The notes under the pieces were generated by a model that did no database searches, was not told the DNA's origin, and saw only the letters and a program-made list of their open reading frames with translations. A stretch of DNA of 64,000 bases, taken from positions 94,879 through 158,878 of the forward strand of contig WELA01000805.1 in NCBI GenBank assembly GCA_009602735.1. The letters run 5' to 3'. Positions within the stretch are counted from its first letter, which is position 1, and each line of letters starts with the position of its first letter. Positions 39,348 through 50,779 of the stretch are shown here, piece after piece. This stretch comes from Mesotaenium endlicherianum (lineage: Eukaryota). The position numbers and the translations under genes were made by a program.

Positions 39348-39521
39348 TGTAGTGAAACAGATAGATAAAGTACTTAGTAAAACAGAATACTTTATCTATT
39401 CAAGACAAGGATCTTTGAACACAAGTGGTAGCTTCTTGAAAGAGAGATGGCTTCTTGAAAGTTAATAAATTTCTGGATTTTTGGCAAGTACAAGAGAGAT
39501 TCTGGAATGTCTTTCTATGTT

Positions 39522-42500
39522 CTAGCTCTTGTTTAAATAAAACCCTGAAGTCTTCGGGCTTGTAGTAGAGGGACTTGGGGCTGGTCCAAGATGGGGGTTG
39601 GCGGTATGGAAGCGCTTCAACTTTCGTTGAACTTTGTCAAGGTAGTGCGCCGCCACCCAACTATTCTCCGAATCTGGATATCCTTTCCACTTGATCAAGT
39701 ATTGCTGCTGTCTCCTGAAATTTCTCATAGCCACTATGTCTTCCACTTCGTACTCCAAATGATCATCCACTATTGTTGGGGCTGGTGGGGTTGTCACACG
39801 TCCTGGGAACTTGTTGTCGGGTTGCACATATGGCTTGAAGAGGGAAGCGTGGAATACGGGGTCGATGTGCATAGTCTGGGGAAGTTCTAGCTTGAAAGCA
39901 ACGGGGTTGACTTGCTGGATAATCTTGAAGGGTCCCAAATACTTGGGAGAGAACTTGCTGCCGGCAGGCCTGTTGTTCAGGGAAATGTTCTTGGATGATA
40001 GTAACACGTTGTCACCCACTCTGTACGTAATTTCTCTTCTGGATCTGTTCGCCACTCTTGCTTGAGCATCTTGCGCGTGTTGTAGAGCTTTCTTCGCTGC
40101 TGTAAGGGCTGCTTCTAATGTCTCCATAAAATCTGTGGCTGCAGCTACTTCATCATGGCCAGCCGTGAAGCTCAGTGGCGTTGTCGGATGGAAGCCATAG
40201 TTGAGGAAGAATGGGGACTCTTGGGTAGAGGCCTGCGTAGTGTTGTTGTAGGCAAACTCGAGGGGGGTCAAGTACATGTCCCAGTCTTGCTCGAGGGTAG
40301 ACACGTAGGCCTTTAGAGAGGTCTTTAGGGTACGATTCATACGCTCGGTTTGCCCATCTGATTGTGGGTGGTAGGCAGTAGACATATCCAGCGATGTACC
40401 CAAGTTCTTGAAGAGATTTTTCCAGAAATGGCTTGTGAATCTTGGATCTCTATCTGACACAATTCTTGATGGTAGTCCATGGAGTCGGAAGATGTTGTCA
40501 AAGATGAGTCTTGCAAGTTGTGGTGCTGTAGCCTTAGTCGTCGTGGGAATAAAATGAGCCATCTTGGTAAGTCTGTCCACCGCCGTGAGTATTGCATTAT
40601 GGCCTCGAGGTGTCACGGGCAAGTCCACGATAAGGTCCATTGAGATGTCCGTCCATTGTCTTTCGGGGATTGGTAGTGGTTGGAGGAGTCCTCCCGCCTT
40701 TTGCGATGATGGCTTGATTCTTTGGCATGTGTCACAGCTCCTGCAGTACTCCTTGACTTGCTTAGACATGCCTGGCCAACAATAAGTCCTAGCTAGAACG
40801 CCCGTGGTCCTTAGGATTTCAAAGTGTCCTCCAAGAGGGTTGTCGTGTGCTTCTCGTAGAAGCAAGAGCCGGAGGTCTAAGTCATTAGGAACACATCTCT
40901 GGCCCGTATCTTGCCTCACCCAATAATTGCCTTCTTGCTTCTTGCATGGGTCCAAGGCTGCTTCTCCGTTCTTGTAGTAAGGGTCTCTTTCATAGGCGGC
41001 TGAAAATCGAGCTTCCAGATCTGTCTTCAGGGATACCATCACTGCATTTAATTGCAGTCTTGAGAGGGGGTCAGCCGGGTTTGTCTTGCCGGGCTGGTAC
41101 TGAATCGTGATGTTGTATTGTTGCAAGTATCCGCTCCATCTTGCTTGTCTCCTTGAGAGATACGGCTGCGTTTGGAGGTGCTTTAACGCCTCGTGGTCCG
41201 TGGTGACCAGTACTTTGCGTCCTTCAACGTAGCAGCGCCAAACCTTCAAGGCATGTACAATCGCCAATGCCTCTCGCTCCGTGGTTGTATAATTTTGCTC
41301 GGCTGGATTTAGCTTCCTTGACTCGTAGGCGATGGGCTGCAGTCCCTTGCCTTGGTCTTGAAGCAGGATTGCTCCTATTGCATAGGAAGATGCATCGGTG
41401 ATGACGTGGAAGGGCCAATCTGGGTTTGGACTTGGGAGTGTGAGCACCGGGGATGTGGTCAATCTTCGCTTTAACTCTTGAAATGCCTCTTCCTCTTTCT
41501 CGGTCCATGTATATAGCCTGTCCTTCTTGAGTAGATCTGTCAGGGGGGCTGCTATGTGCGAGAAGCCTTGGATGAATTTTCTGTACCAATTGGCAAATCC
41601 CAAGAATGACTGGAGTTCTTTCTTGGTCGTGGGGGTTGGCCATTCCTCCACCACCGTGGTCTTCTTGGGGTCGATCTTGATGCCATCAGCAGTCACGTGG
41701 AGACCTAGGAACTCCACTTCTTGTTTGGCAAACTCGCACTTTGACTCCTTCGCAAATAGCTTGTTTTGCTTCAATACTTCAAGGACTTCTTTCAAGTGTC
41801 TCCCATGCTCTTCAAGGGTCTTGGTGTAGACAAGGATGTCATCGATGAATACCACCACAAATCTGTCCAACATGGGCTGAAATATGGTGTTCATCATAGT
41901 CATGAAAGTTGCTGGCGCGTTGGTGAGTCCAAATGGCAAGACCATGAACTCAAAATGTCCATATCTTGTCCTGAATGCCGTCTTCTCTATGTCCGGTTCT
42001 GCGATGCGAATCTGGTGGTAGCCGCTCCGTAAGTCAATCTTCGTGAAGTACTTGGCTCCAACCAGCCGGTCCATGAGCTCATCCATGCGCGGCAGCGGGT
42101 ATCGATTCTTGATGGTGATCTTGTTGAGGGCGCCCTTGTCCACACACATCCTCAAGGTACCATCTTTCTTCGTGACAAATAGCACCAGGGCTCCAAATGG
42201 CGACTTGCTAGGTCGAATGAAGCCATGCTCCAGTAGCTCCTTGATTTGCTTCTTGACTTCGTCTAGCTCCGTGTATGACATTTTGAACGTAGGCCGAGAG
42301 ATGGGCTTGCTTCCGGGCTCCAACTCTATCTTGTGGTCTACGAATCTTTTGGGGGGTAGGCCCTTGGGCAATTCCGGGGAGAACACTTCTTTGTAGTCCT
42401 CTAAGACTTCTTGTATCTCCTTGGGAACGGGGCTGCCTTCTTGACTCTCGATGTCTTTCTTGATGTCTTTTGGCGTGATCAAGGCCAAAAGAAGCTCGTG

Positions 42501-43130
42501 TCCCTTCCTCACAAGTCTCTTGAGTTGGAGGGCGGACAATAGTATCTCGTGTGCCGGCTTCTGGATGTCTTGGGTCTGGATATTCTGGATTGCGCGCAAA
42601 ATACAGATTCTTGAAGTGATGTCATTCTTGATCTTGATAGTACCGGTCCTCCAATCAACTTGGGGGTTGTGCTTGGTCAACCAAGGCGTCCCTAGGATGA
42701 CGTCGTACTTGCCCAATTGCATGGGGGAGAACACTACTCTATCCTTGAAGGACTTGATAGAGAGTGCCAAGGGGTACGTCTTCTTGGAAGGGGTAGTATA
42801 GGAGAATCCATCGGGCATCATAATCTCCTCGTCGTGGTCAAGAGTTCGCATAGTAATACCGTGCTTGGTGGCAAAATCTGCAGCAATGAAGTTGCCTTGA
42901 GCTCCGCTATCCACCAAGATGTGGACCTTCTCTCCTCCAAGGTAACCTCTCAAACTCATTGGGGCTGGAACGTCGTCTTCAACGGGGGTCTCCACCTCAC
43001 TTGGCGTGTTGCCTTCTCGTGAAGTGGGTCTTGGGGTGGTAGGCTCCTGGCCTACCGGCGCTGTCCGTTTTTTGACAACTTTTTGGGGCATGAAAGTGCA
43101 CGATGGCCCTTTTCCTTGCAATAGAAGCAT
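39522..43130 (-). CDS. pol: Pol polyprotein of element B (PR-RT-RH-INT-chromodomain), -1 frame relative to gag
   Basis: 1202-aa [38 protein letters not shown] plus D-D-E, GPF, chromodomain [18 protein letters not shown]. Confidence 0.95.
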   Translation of the reverse strand: MLLLQGKGPSCTFMPQKVVKKRTAPVGQEPTTPRPTSREGNTPSEVETPVEDDVPAPMSLRGYLGGEKVHILVDSGAQGNFIAADFATKHGITMRTLDHDEEIMMPDGFSYTTPSKKTYPLALSIKSFKDRVVFSPMQLGKYDVILGTPWLTKHNPQVDWRTGTIKIKNDITSRICILRAIQNIQTQDIQKPAHEILLSALQLKRLVRKGHELLLALITPKDIKKDIESQEGSPVPKEIQEVLEDYKEVFSPELPKGLPPKRFVDHKIELEPGSKPISRPTFKMSYTELDEVKKQIKELLEHGFIRPSKSPFGALVLFVTKKDGTLRMCVDKGALNKITIKNRYPLPRMDELMDRLVGAKYFTKIDLRSGYHQIRIAEPDIEKTAFRTRYGHFEFMVLPFGLTNAPATFMTMMNTIFQPMLDRFVVVFIDDILVYTKTLEEHGRHLKEVLEVLKQNKLFAKESKCEFAKQEVEFLGLHVTADGIKIDPKKTTVVEEWPTPTTKKELQSFLGFANWYRKFIQGFSHIAAPLTDLLKKDRLYTWTEKEEEAFQELKRRLTTSPVLTLPSPNPDWPFHVITDASSYAIGAILLQDQGKGLQPIAYESRKLNPAEQNYTTTEREALAIVHALKVWRCYVEGRKVLVTTDHEALKHLQTQPYLSRRQARWSGYLQQYNITIQYQPGKTNPADPLSRLQLNAVMVSLKTDLEARFSAAYERDPYYKNGEAALDPCKKQEGNYWVRQDTGQRCVPNDLDLRLLLLREAHDNPLGGHFEILRTTGVLARTYCWPGMSKQVKEYCRSCDTCQRIKPSSQKAGGLLQPLPIPERQWTDISMDLIVDLPVTPRGHNAILTAVDRLTKMAHFIPTTTKATAPQLARLIFDNIFRLHGLPSRIVSDRDPRFTSHFWKNLFKNLGTSLDMSTAYHPQSDGQTERMNRTLKTSLKAYVSTLEQDWDMYLTPLEFAYNNTTQASTQESPFFLNYGFHPTTPLSFTAGHDEVAAATDFMETLEAALTAAKKALQHAQDAQARVANRSRREITYRVGDNVLLSSKNISLNNRPAGSKFSPKYLGPFKIIQQVNPVAFKLELPQTMHIDPVFHASLFKPYVQPDNKFPGRVTTPPAPTIVDDHLEYEVEDIVAMRNFRRQQQYLIKWKGYPDSENSWVAAHYLDKVQRKLKRFHTANPHLGPAPSPSTTSPKTSGFYLNKS

Positions 43131-44332
43131 AGTCCAGCCGTCATGAGAGCTTCTTTTTCAGCCGGGGAGAGTCTTGCTTTCACTCCTTGCTGGTTTCTTG
43201 CATCATAAGTGTCATTGGAGGGTCTTCCACTCTTCCGGGCAGCCGCGGGGTCCCTTTTAATAACTCCGATTTCCATGGGTGTGGGTCCAGATTCGGATGT
43301 GGAAGGGGCTGCGTACACCCGCGTCGTCGGTACCCGTGAAGATGAAGGCACGGAGTGCTTGAAATCCAAGGTATCCACCTTTTGGGCCACTTCAATGATC
43401 TTTGAGAAGTCCGTCAAGTCGCGTAACTCCACTTCCTTTGCCACCTTGGGTTTGAGGCCAAAGATGTAGCGGTCAATCTTCTCCTCGAGAGACATGTTGG
43501 GGATCTCAAGAGTGAGGGCGTGAAATCTGGATGTATACTCTTGAACGGACGTCGTTTGCTTGAGATGGTGGAGCTTTCCTCGGGCAATCTTCTCCGCATT
43601 GATGGGCATGAATTGCTTCTTGAGGGCCTCACGAAAATCTGCCCATCTTGCATATGATGGTGGGGGCTCTTGGCCGAGCATGGGGTGCGCCATAGCTTGA
43701 TATATAGCCGCTTGATAGTTACGCCACCATGATGTTGCTGCTCCTCTAAGTAAGGTAACGGCAAAGGGAACGTAGTCCTCCTCGGGTACTTCAAGGAATG
43801 CGAGGTACGTCTCCACTTGGTAGAGCCATAAATTCAGGTTGGCACCTTTCCCGGGGTTGAAAGTGTCGGGTTTGCCGGGCTTGATGAGTTTCCTTGCTCT
43901 CGTTGGCTCTTGTGGAGGCGCTTGAGCCGGGGCTGGATTTTGAGCATTGCTCGCAATAGGGGCAACCATGGCAGCCATAGCTTCTCTTGACGCTTGCACG
44001 GTTGCTTCATAGGTGGCCAAGCCCACTTGGTTGTGGACGGTCATTAGGAAGGCTGCCCACTCATTTGCGGGAACTCCTTGTGGTGGGGTCAACTTTGCTA
44101 TAGCGGCTGCCACGGGATTTGACGGTGCTCCTCCTTGTGGTGCTTCTTGTTGTTGGAGATTTCCTTGAGTAGGCTCTCCCATCGACGCTGGAGGAGGGTG
44201 TGCTCCTCCTTGTGGTGCTTCTTGTTGTTGCAGATTTTCTTGAGTGGGCTCTCCCATCGGCGCTGGAGGAGGGTGTCTTGGAGAGGAAGGGCTTCCTTCG
44301 AAAGCTTGCTGTTGGTCTTGAGGATCGGCCAT
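43052..44332 (-). CDS. gag: Gag polyprotein of element B
   Basis: 426-aa ORF; retrotransposon-gag core ([20 protein letters not shown]), PMEIG, CCHC knuckle [14 protein letters not shown]. Confidence 0.92.
   Translation of the reverse strand: MADPQDQQQAFEGSPSSPRHPPPAPMGEPTQENLQQQEAPQGGAHPPPASMGEPTQGNLQQQEAPQGGAPSNPVAAAIAKLTPPQGVPANEWAAFLMTVHNQVGLATYEATVQASREAMAAMVAPIASNAQNPAPAQAPPQEPTRARKLIKPGKPDTFNPGKGANLNLWLYQVETYLAFLEVPEEDYVPFAVTLLRGAATSWWRNYQAAIYQAMAHPMLGQEPPPSYARWADFREALKKQFMPINAEKIARGKLHHLKQTTSVQEYTSRFHALTLEIPNMSLEEKIDRYIFGLKPKVAKEVELRDLTDFSKIIEVAQKVDTLDFKHSVPSSSRVPTTRVYAAPSTSESGPTPMEIGVIKRDPAAARKSGRPSNDTYDARNQQGVKARLSPAEKEALMTAGLCFYCKEKGHRALSCPKKLSKNGQRR
44125..44276. repeat. 75-bp direct tandem duplication in the gag N-terminus
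   Basis: PPPA(P/S)MGEPTQ(E/G)[12 protein letters not shown] occurs twice; copies start at 44125 and 44200. Confidence 0.9.
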
Positions 44333-45344
44333 CTTCTTGTGCTACCAAAGTGCCTAGCTCCGATACCACTGTAGTGAAACAGATAGATAAAGTACTTAGT
44401 AAAACAGAATACTTTATCTATTCAAGACAAGGATCTTTGAACACAAGTGGTAGCTTCTTGAAAGAGAGATGGCTTCTTGAAAGTTAATATATTTCTGGAT
44501 TTTGGCAAGTACAAGAGTGATTCTGGAATGTCTTTCTATGTTCTAGCTCTTGTTTATATACTTGCTACATAAGTAATTTCTAGGAAGGTGTATGTTGATG
44601 TGTTGGCACCCAACACATCCCAAAACTTGCCACCTCTTTCTAGAATAATGTACACATGTCCTTTTGACCTAAAAATGGCACATCTGACTTTTGCCACATG
44701 GAGTTCTTCTAGGTCTTTCCTCTAACTTCGAAAATGCCTTGGAAGGTACAAAGGACATGAACCAAGTTACTAGAGTACCTATTCACACTTGACTCCACAC
44801 AATACCACTCCAAATATATTTGAAAACATTAAAATATATGCATACTAATAACTCAAATCACTACAGCGCGTGTGTGCATGAAAAAAGTCGTCGAGTCTGA
44901 CACACTGATCGAACAAATAACAAAAAAGCATCCAGTCATCGCCGATTTTGCGGGAAGTGGCTGACGGGGACAATTTCGACTTCTAACAACCTCAACTGTC
45001 GATATTTCTTATTACCCCACGACCACCAACGTCGATCAAATTTACACTAACGCACCAGATCGACAAGCCAAGGGCCCAGGGCCCATAGCCCACCATTTTG
45101 GCCACCAACTTCTCCAAATGTACGTTGAGCTCCTTCGCTGCTACATTGAGTTAGACTTAGAAATCCTCTTCTCATTTTAGAGTCCAGACTTCTAGCCTCC
45201 AATTCTCGTAATGTCGCTCAACATGCACTAAGAACACGTACTTAGAGTACTGGTGAAGATGGGCGATGGAGGGGACTCCCTTTTTATGTACTCGCAGGAC
45301 GATGAAGAGCCACTACTTGAGGTGGAGGAGGGCTCAAGTGTGAG

Positions 45345-48300
45345 TGAAAGGGGCAGAGTACCCTAGTGGAATCGTAGTAACTCACGAGGAAAGGAACTAG
45401 TTGCAATCATACTAACGAGTGCAGCGGCATATCACTAAGAAAGCTTAGGAAAATTTCTCAACATTTTGAGAAGCAAGAATTTGCTCACGAATGATGTAGG
45501 ATGAAAGGTCTTGTCATTACAAACCCGTAGGAATTTACAGAAGTGAAAATTGATAAGAAATGAAGTAATTATGCCTATTTATAGTTTTGTACGACGGCCG
45601 CTCGCCCCTAGGCGGGAGGGCCGCTTAGCAACGGATTTTCCCAAGTATTTGTCAAATCGTCCCTTCCAAAATATTCGTGAGAAAGCCACATCAATCTCAT
45701 CTGACGTGTCGGGCCAAATTGACATCCACATACATGCATCGACATTACTAGAATATTCTAACTTAGACGCGCTAGGCTAAAGCGAAACTTCCAGGTAAAT
45801 CGACCTAGTCGGCACTCCGCGTCAGCCGAACTTACGTGAAGGTTCGAGTTCATTCTAACGGGCCTGATCGCTCGACGCTGTCGGTTATTCCGGTGGTCGC
45901 GCTCACTGCAAATTTAAGGACAGTCGTCAACCGACCTCAAAATCAATTAAACTTCGGAAATCCATAACTCTCTCAATACTTGACCAAATTCGATGAACTT
46001 TATATCCAAATGACCACAAAAACAAACTCTACACTCCTATGCAATCAGAATATACTATCATGAAACTCTGAAATGCACTTTATAAACCTATGACCTTACA
46101 TCATCCCCCTCCTCAGGTGCGACGTCCTCGACGCATTCTGCAAATAACGTCTCAACTTACTCTTACAATAAGTCAAGTTGGCTTTTGGCTCCCAAGCGTT
46201 GTCGTCCGCACGGTAGCCCTTCCACTTGACCAGATACTCTTGAACAAGTCGTTGACTCCGCTTGACTCGTCGATCACCAACAATCGCCTCCACTTCATAC
46301 TCCAATACATCATCAATCTCGACCGGTGGTGGCGGTGTAGGTAGTCGTCCTGGATGTCCTGCATTCGGGTCAACGTATGGCCGCAAAAAACTGACATGGA
46401 ACACATCATGGATACGCCAGCCTAAAGGAAGCTCCAACTTGTAGGTCACTGGATTAACCTGCTAGAGCACCATAAAGGGACCTGTGAACCGTGCCCCCAA
46501 TTTCCTTTTGTTCGTGAAAGGTAGATTCTTTGTTGATAAGAGTACTTTGTCACCCACATGGAATGTCACTTTCCTCCTATGCTTGTTAGCATGCTTGACC
46601 TGCTCTTCTTGTGCCTTCCGAATACACGTCTTTGCCATATCCCAAGTATTGGCCATCTGCTCCATAAAAGCTTGTGTAGTAGGAACCTGAGTCTCCTTGG
46701 CCTTCTCCACCAAGATGTTCCCTCGATGATATACTTCTCGCCCATAAACCATAGCGAATGGTGACTGCTGGTGGATCCCTGCATGCTGTTGTTGTAGGCA
46801 AACTCCAACCCTGGTAGCTTCTTGTCCCACTCTGAAGGGTCCTCCATAGTGAAACTTCTGAGCACCTCTTGCAGAGTTCTGTTGAGCTTCTCACTCTGCC
46901 CGTCTGTCTGAGGATGATAGGAAGTGCTCATACTTAACTTGGTCCCCATCAAAGTAAACAGTGACTACCAAAAGTTGCTAGTAAATCTTGGATCCCGGTC
47001 TGAAATAATCACCTTCGGCAACCCATGTAGCTTGAAAATATGATCGAAGAATAGTCGTGCCACATCTGCTGCCGTACTAGTCTCCTTCATGCGAATGAAG
47101 TGAGCCATCTTGCTGAGTTTATCAGATACAACTTAAACTGCATCGTGCCCTTGACCACTCACTGGTAACAACGTGATGAAGTCCATAGCAATCTGCTCCC
47201 AAGGGTACTCTGGAATAGGCAGGAGCTGCAATGTACCTCTCTTCTTTTGATTTGGTGTCTTCTTACGCTGGCACGCATCGCAAATCCTGATCCACTCCTC
47301 GATTTCCTTGTCCATATTTCTCCAATAGTACTCCCGCTTCAGCACACTTGCCGTCTTCTCGCTTCCAAAGTGTCCAGCATATAAGCAATCATGATGCTCC
47401 GCAAGTAGTCAGTCTCGTCGCTCCTTGATGTCAGGTACCACCACTCCGTTGGAATCACCATAATATCATATGCCGTCCTTCTTCTGCATACTCGCGATGG
47501 ACTCAGCTGCTCCACTATCTGCAAATTCTGGATCCTCCTCATAACCTCTCTGAAGCTTCTCCTTGAAGTCCATATTCTCCTTGATGACTGAGACACCTGC
47601 AAGGTCACACCTCTTGGATAAAGCGTCTGCAGGGTTGATCTTCCCAAATAAGTACTCAATCTTGTGGTCGAACTGTTGCAGAAACTCCATCCACCTTGCC
47701 TGTCTTGGTGTCAACGTTGGCTGCGTCATAAACTTCTCCAAGCTCTTGTGGTCGGTCTTGATGAACACCTTCCGGCCGTCCACATCACATTGCCAAATTC
47801 TCAAAGCCTGGATAATAGCCAACATCTCCCGCTCGTGTGCTGCATTGTTCTGCTCCGCAGGACTTAACTTCCTGCTCTCATATGCCACAGGCTGCAATCC
47901 TTTACCCTGGTCCTGGAGAAGAATGGCTCCCACTGCAAAATTTGATGCATGCGTGATGATGGTGAAAGGAAGCTCTGGACTGGCAATTGCCAACACAGGT
48001 GCCTGTGTCAACAGCTCCTTAATCTTCTCGAAGGCTTGCTGCTCCTTGTCACCCCATAGCCACTTCTCCTGATTCTTCAACTCATCCAACTCCGCAAATG
48101 ATTGACGATAGGCGGGTCTCACTGGTGGCTTGCTCCTTGGTTCCAACTCGATCTTGTGCTCCATAGCTCTTTGTGGAGGTAATCTTGCAGGTAGCTCCTC
48201 AGGAAAAACGCACTTGAATTCCTCCAACAGCGCCTTAATTTGGGCAGGCATCTCAACAGGCTTCTTCTCTTGAGCAGTTGGGCTCTACTCCTTCTGAGCA

Positions 48301-50779
48301 AGGGAATCAGACACCACTACTTGCTCCTCCGACGGTGTACATTCGCCCAGGCTGTTAGGATTCACACTTGCTCCATCTGATGACCTGGCCAGGGCCACCA
48401 AAACAAGGTACATCTCCTTCATCTGATTCGCCTTGCATAGCTTCTTAACTTGCAGGCTCGACAAAAGACAGTTACTTGTGATCGTATCTACTTCCACCTG
48501 TTTCGCTGTCTCCATTCGACCATCACGCCCTTGGGCTTTCACTTGTCTTGTGCTCCAGTGCACTTGAACTTTGGCTTTTCTTAGCCATCGTCGACCCAAT
48601 ATCATCTCATGGTGACCTAGCTCTGCCTGCTCCATAACTTCAATACTCAGGTGCCCCGCTACTTCCACGTGAATAGCTTTTGTAGGTGCACCACTCTTGA
48701 GTTTCTGCCCATTTGCCAAAATTGCCTCCGTAGGCTCATAATGCTTCTGCACAGGGATTCGCCGCTCTTTCACCAGGTTCTTGTGCACAAAATTTGCACT
48801 TGCGCCACTGTCAACCGTACACTTGGCCTTGTTGCCGTCGACTACTCCTTCCACGATGATAGGCTTGTCAACGTCTTGTCCTTTGCTTCTTGACAGGCTC
48901 CTGGGGATAACCTCCTTGTGAGTTCTCGTCTTCACGCCAGTAGAAACCCCAGAACGACTTATTGGCGTCCTCCTTTTTCCTGCTTTTGAGGTTGCTTCGC
49001 CTTTACATGACAGTCTCGAGCTAGATGTCCAAGCCTGCCACAATTATAGCAAGGTCCTCTCGGTTTAAAATTCTGTTGCTTGCGCTGGTACTGAACAAGT
49101 CCCAATTCTATAGGTATTGGACCTTGAATACTCGTGCTTGGCGCTTGAGATCCAAAGTGTCGATATCCTCCAAAGTTGTGGCTGCCCCACTGCCTCTGAC
49201 TATACTCCACAGCGTCGACCCTTGTTGCCAATGCCATCATTTCTCCAAGACTGGTAGGGTCCTTGAGCGCCACTTCCTTGACCACAGTTGGCTTGAGTCC
49301 CCTCTTGAACTTGTCCATCATCTCCGACTCGTGCATGGATGGACATTGAAGCACCAGCTCGTTGAAGCGCAAAACATACTCCTGAACGCTTCCTCGTTGA
49401 CGAAGACGTACCAATAGATCTCGAGCAGTAGCCTCGGGTACGATAGGTTGAAATTGCCTCTTCAAGCCTTCAAATAGCTGAACAATAGTAGCAAGAACTC
49501 CAGACAGCTGCTCTTCTCGTTCATACCAAGATCCAGCACTTTTCTGCAGCAAAGTTATGACAAAGGCGACTTGCCTGTCGGGCGTGAGCGCAAAATACTC
49601 CATAAACTTCTTCACTCCCAAAATCTATTGATGAACAGGCGGCGATCCATGCTCTCCAGTATAAACTTCCGGCTTAGGCGCACGCACTCCCGATGCGGGT
49701 GGAATAATTGGTTGCACCACTAAGTTAACATGAATTGGTGGTACAACGGGTGCAAGTGCCGATCTTGTCGAAGCGGCATTCCCAACAACAACTCGCACCA
49801 TTCTCTCCACCTTCTCGCGCATATTTTGTTGAAATTGGGCGTAGACTTCTTCTCCAATTACATTTGCCATTTGCCTTATCATCGCCTGCATCTCCTGTTG
49901 CTCTCTAGTCATTGTTGGTGCTGCCTGTTGCCCTTCGCGCTCAACATGCTCGACATGTTCGCCTCCTCCAGCTGCCGGCTGCAACTCCATAATATAATAT
50001 GCAAACTAGCCCTGCTCCAATACTAGATGAAAGGGGCAGAGTGCCCTAGTGGAAGCGTAGTAACTCACGAGGAAAGGAACTAGTTGCAATCATACTAAAG
50101 AGTGCAGCGGCATTTCATTACGAAAGCTTAGGAAAATTACTCTACATTTTGAGTAGCAAGAAACTGTTCACAAATGATGTAGAATGAAAGGTCTTGTCAT
50201 TACAAACCCGTAGAAATTTACAGAAGAGATAACTAATAAGAATTGAAGTAGTCATGTCTATTTATAGTTTTCTACGACGGTCGCTCACCCCTAGGCGGGA
50301 GGGCCGCTTAGCAACGGATTTTCCTAAGTGTTTGTCAAATCGTCCCTTCCAAAATATCTGTGAGAAAGCCGGATCAGTCTCATCTGACGTGTTGGGTCGA
50401 TATGACGTCCACATGCATACATCGAAATATCTAGAGTATACTAACTTAGACGCGCTAGGCTAATCCGAAACTTCTAGGTAAATCGACCTAGTCGGCACTC
50501 CGCGTCAGCCGAACTTACGTGAAGGTTCGAATTCACTCTAACGGGCCTGATCGCTCGACGCTGTCGGTCAATCCGACGGTCGCGCTCACCGCAAATTGAG
50601 GACAGTCGTCAACCGACCTCAAACTAATTAAACTTTGAAAATCCATAGCTCTCAATACTCAACCAAATTCGATGAACTTTATATTAAAATGACCACAAAA
50701 ACAAACTCTACACTCCTATGCAATCAGAATATACTTTCATGAAACTCAAAAATGCACTTTGTAAACCTATGACCTTACA
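45345..50779 (-). mobile_element. Ty3/Gypsy chromovirus C (two LTRs, RT-deleted, decayed)
   Basis: LTRs 45345-46100 and 50028-50779; 5-bp TSD GTGAG at 45340-45344 and 50780-50784; decayed PBS 50014-50025 (TAGTATTGGAGC on -); PPT TGAGGAGGGGGATGA 46101-46115. Confidence 0.93.
46096..49990 (-). pseudogene. gag-pol pseudogene of element C
   Basis: Gag with CYNCGRLGHLARDC, protease VDSGA, RNase H, integrase (IAMDF, YHPQTDGQSE), chromodomain EYEVEAI..YLVKWKGY..AWEP; RT core absent; several stops. Confidence 0.9.

Larger units (their letters stand above)
39348..44865 (-). mobile_element. Ty3/Gypsy chromovirus B (intact ORFs, truncated 3' LTR)
   Basis: 5' LTR 44370-44865 with TGTAGTGA/TCACTACA termini; PBS 44357-44368 (TGGTATCGGAGC on -); partial LTR copy 39348-~39535. 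Flanks CAGTG and GCGCG do not form a TSD. Confidence 0.92.
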
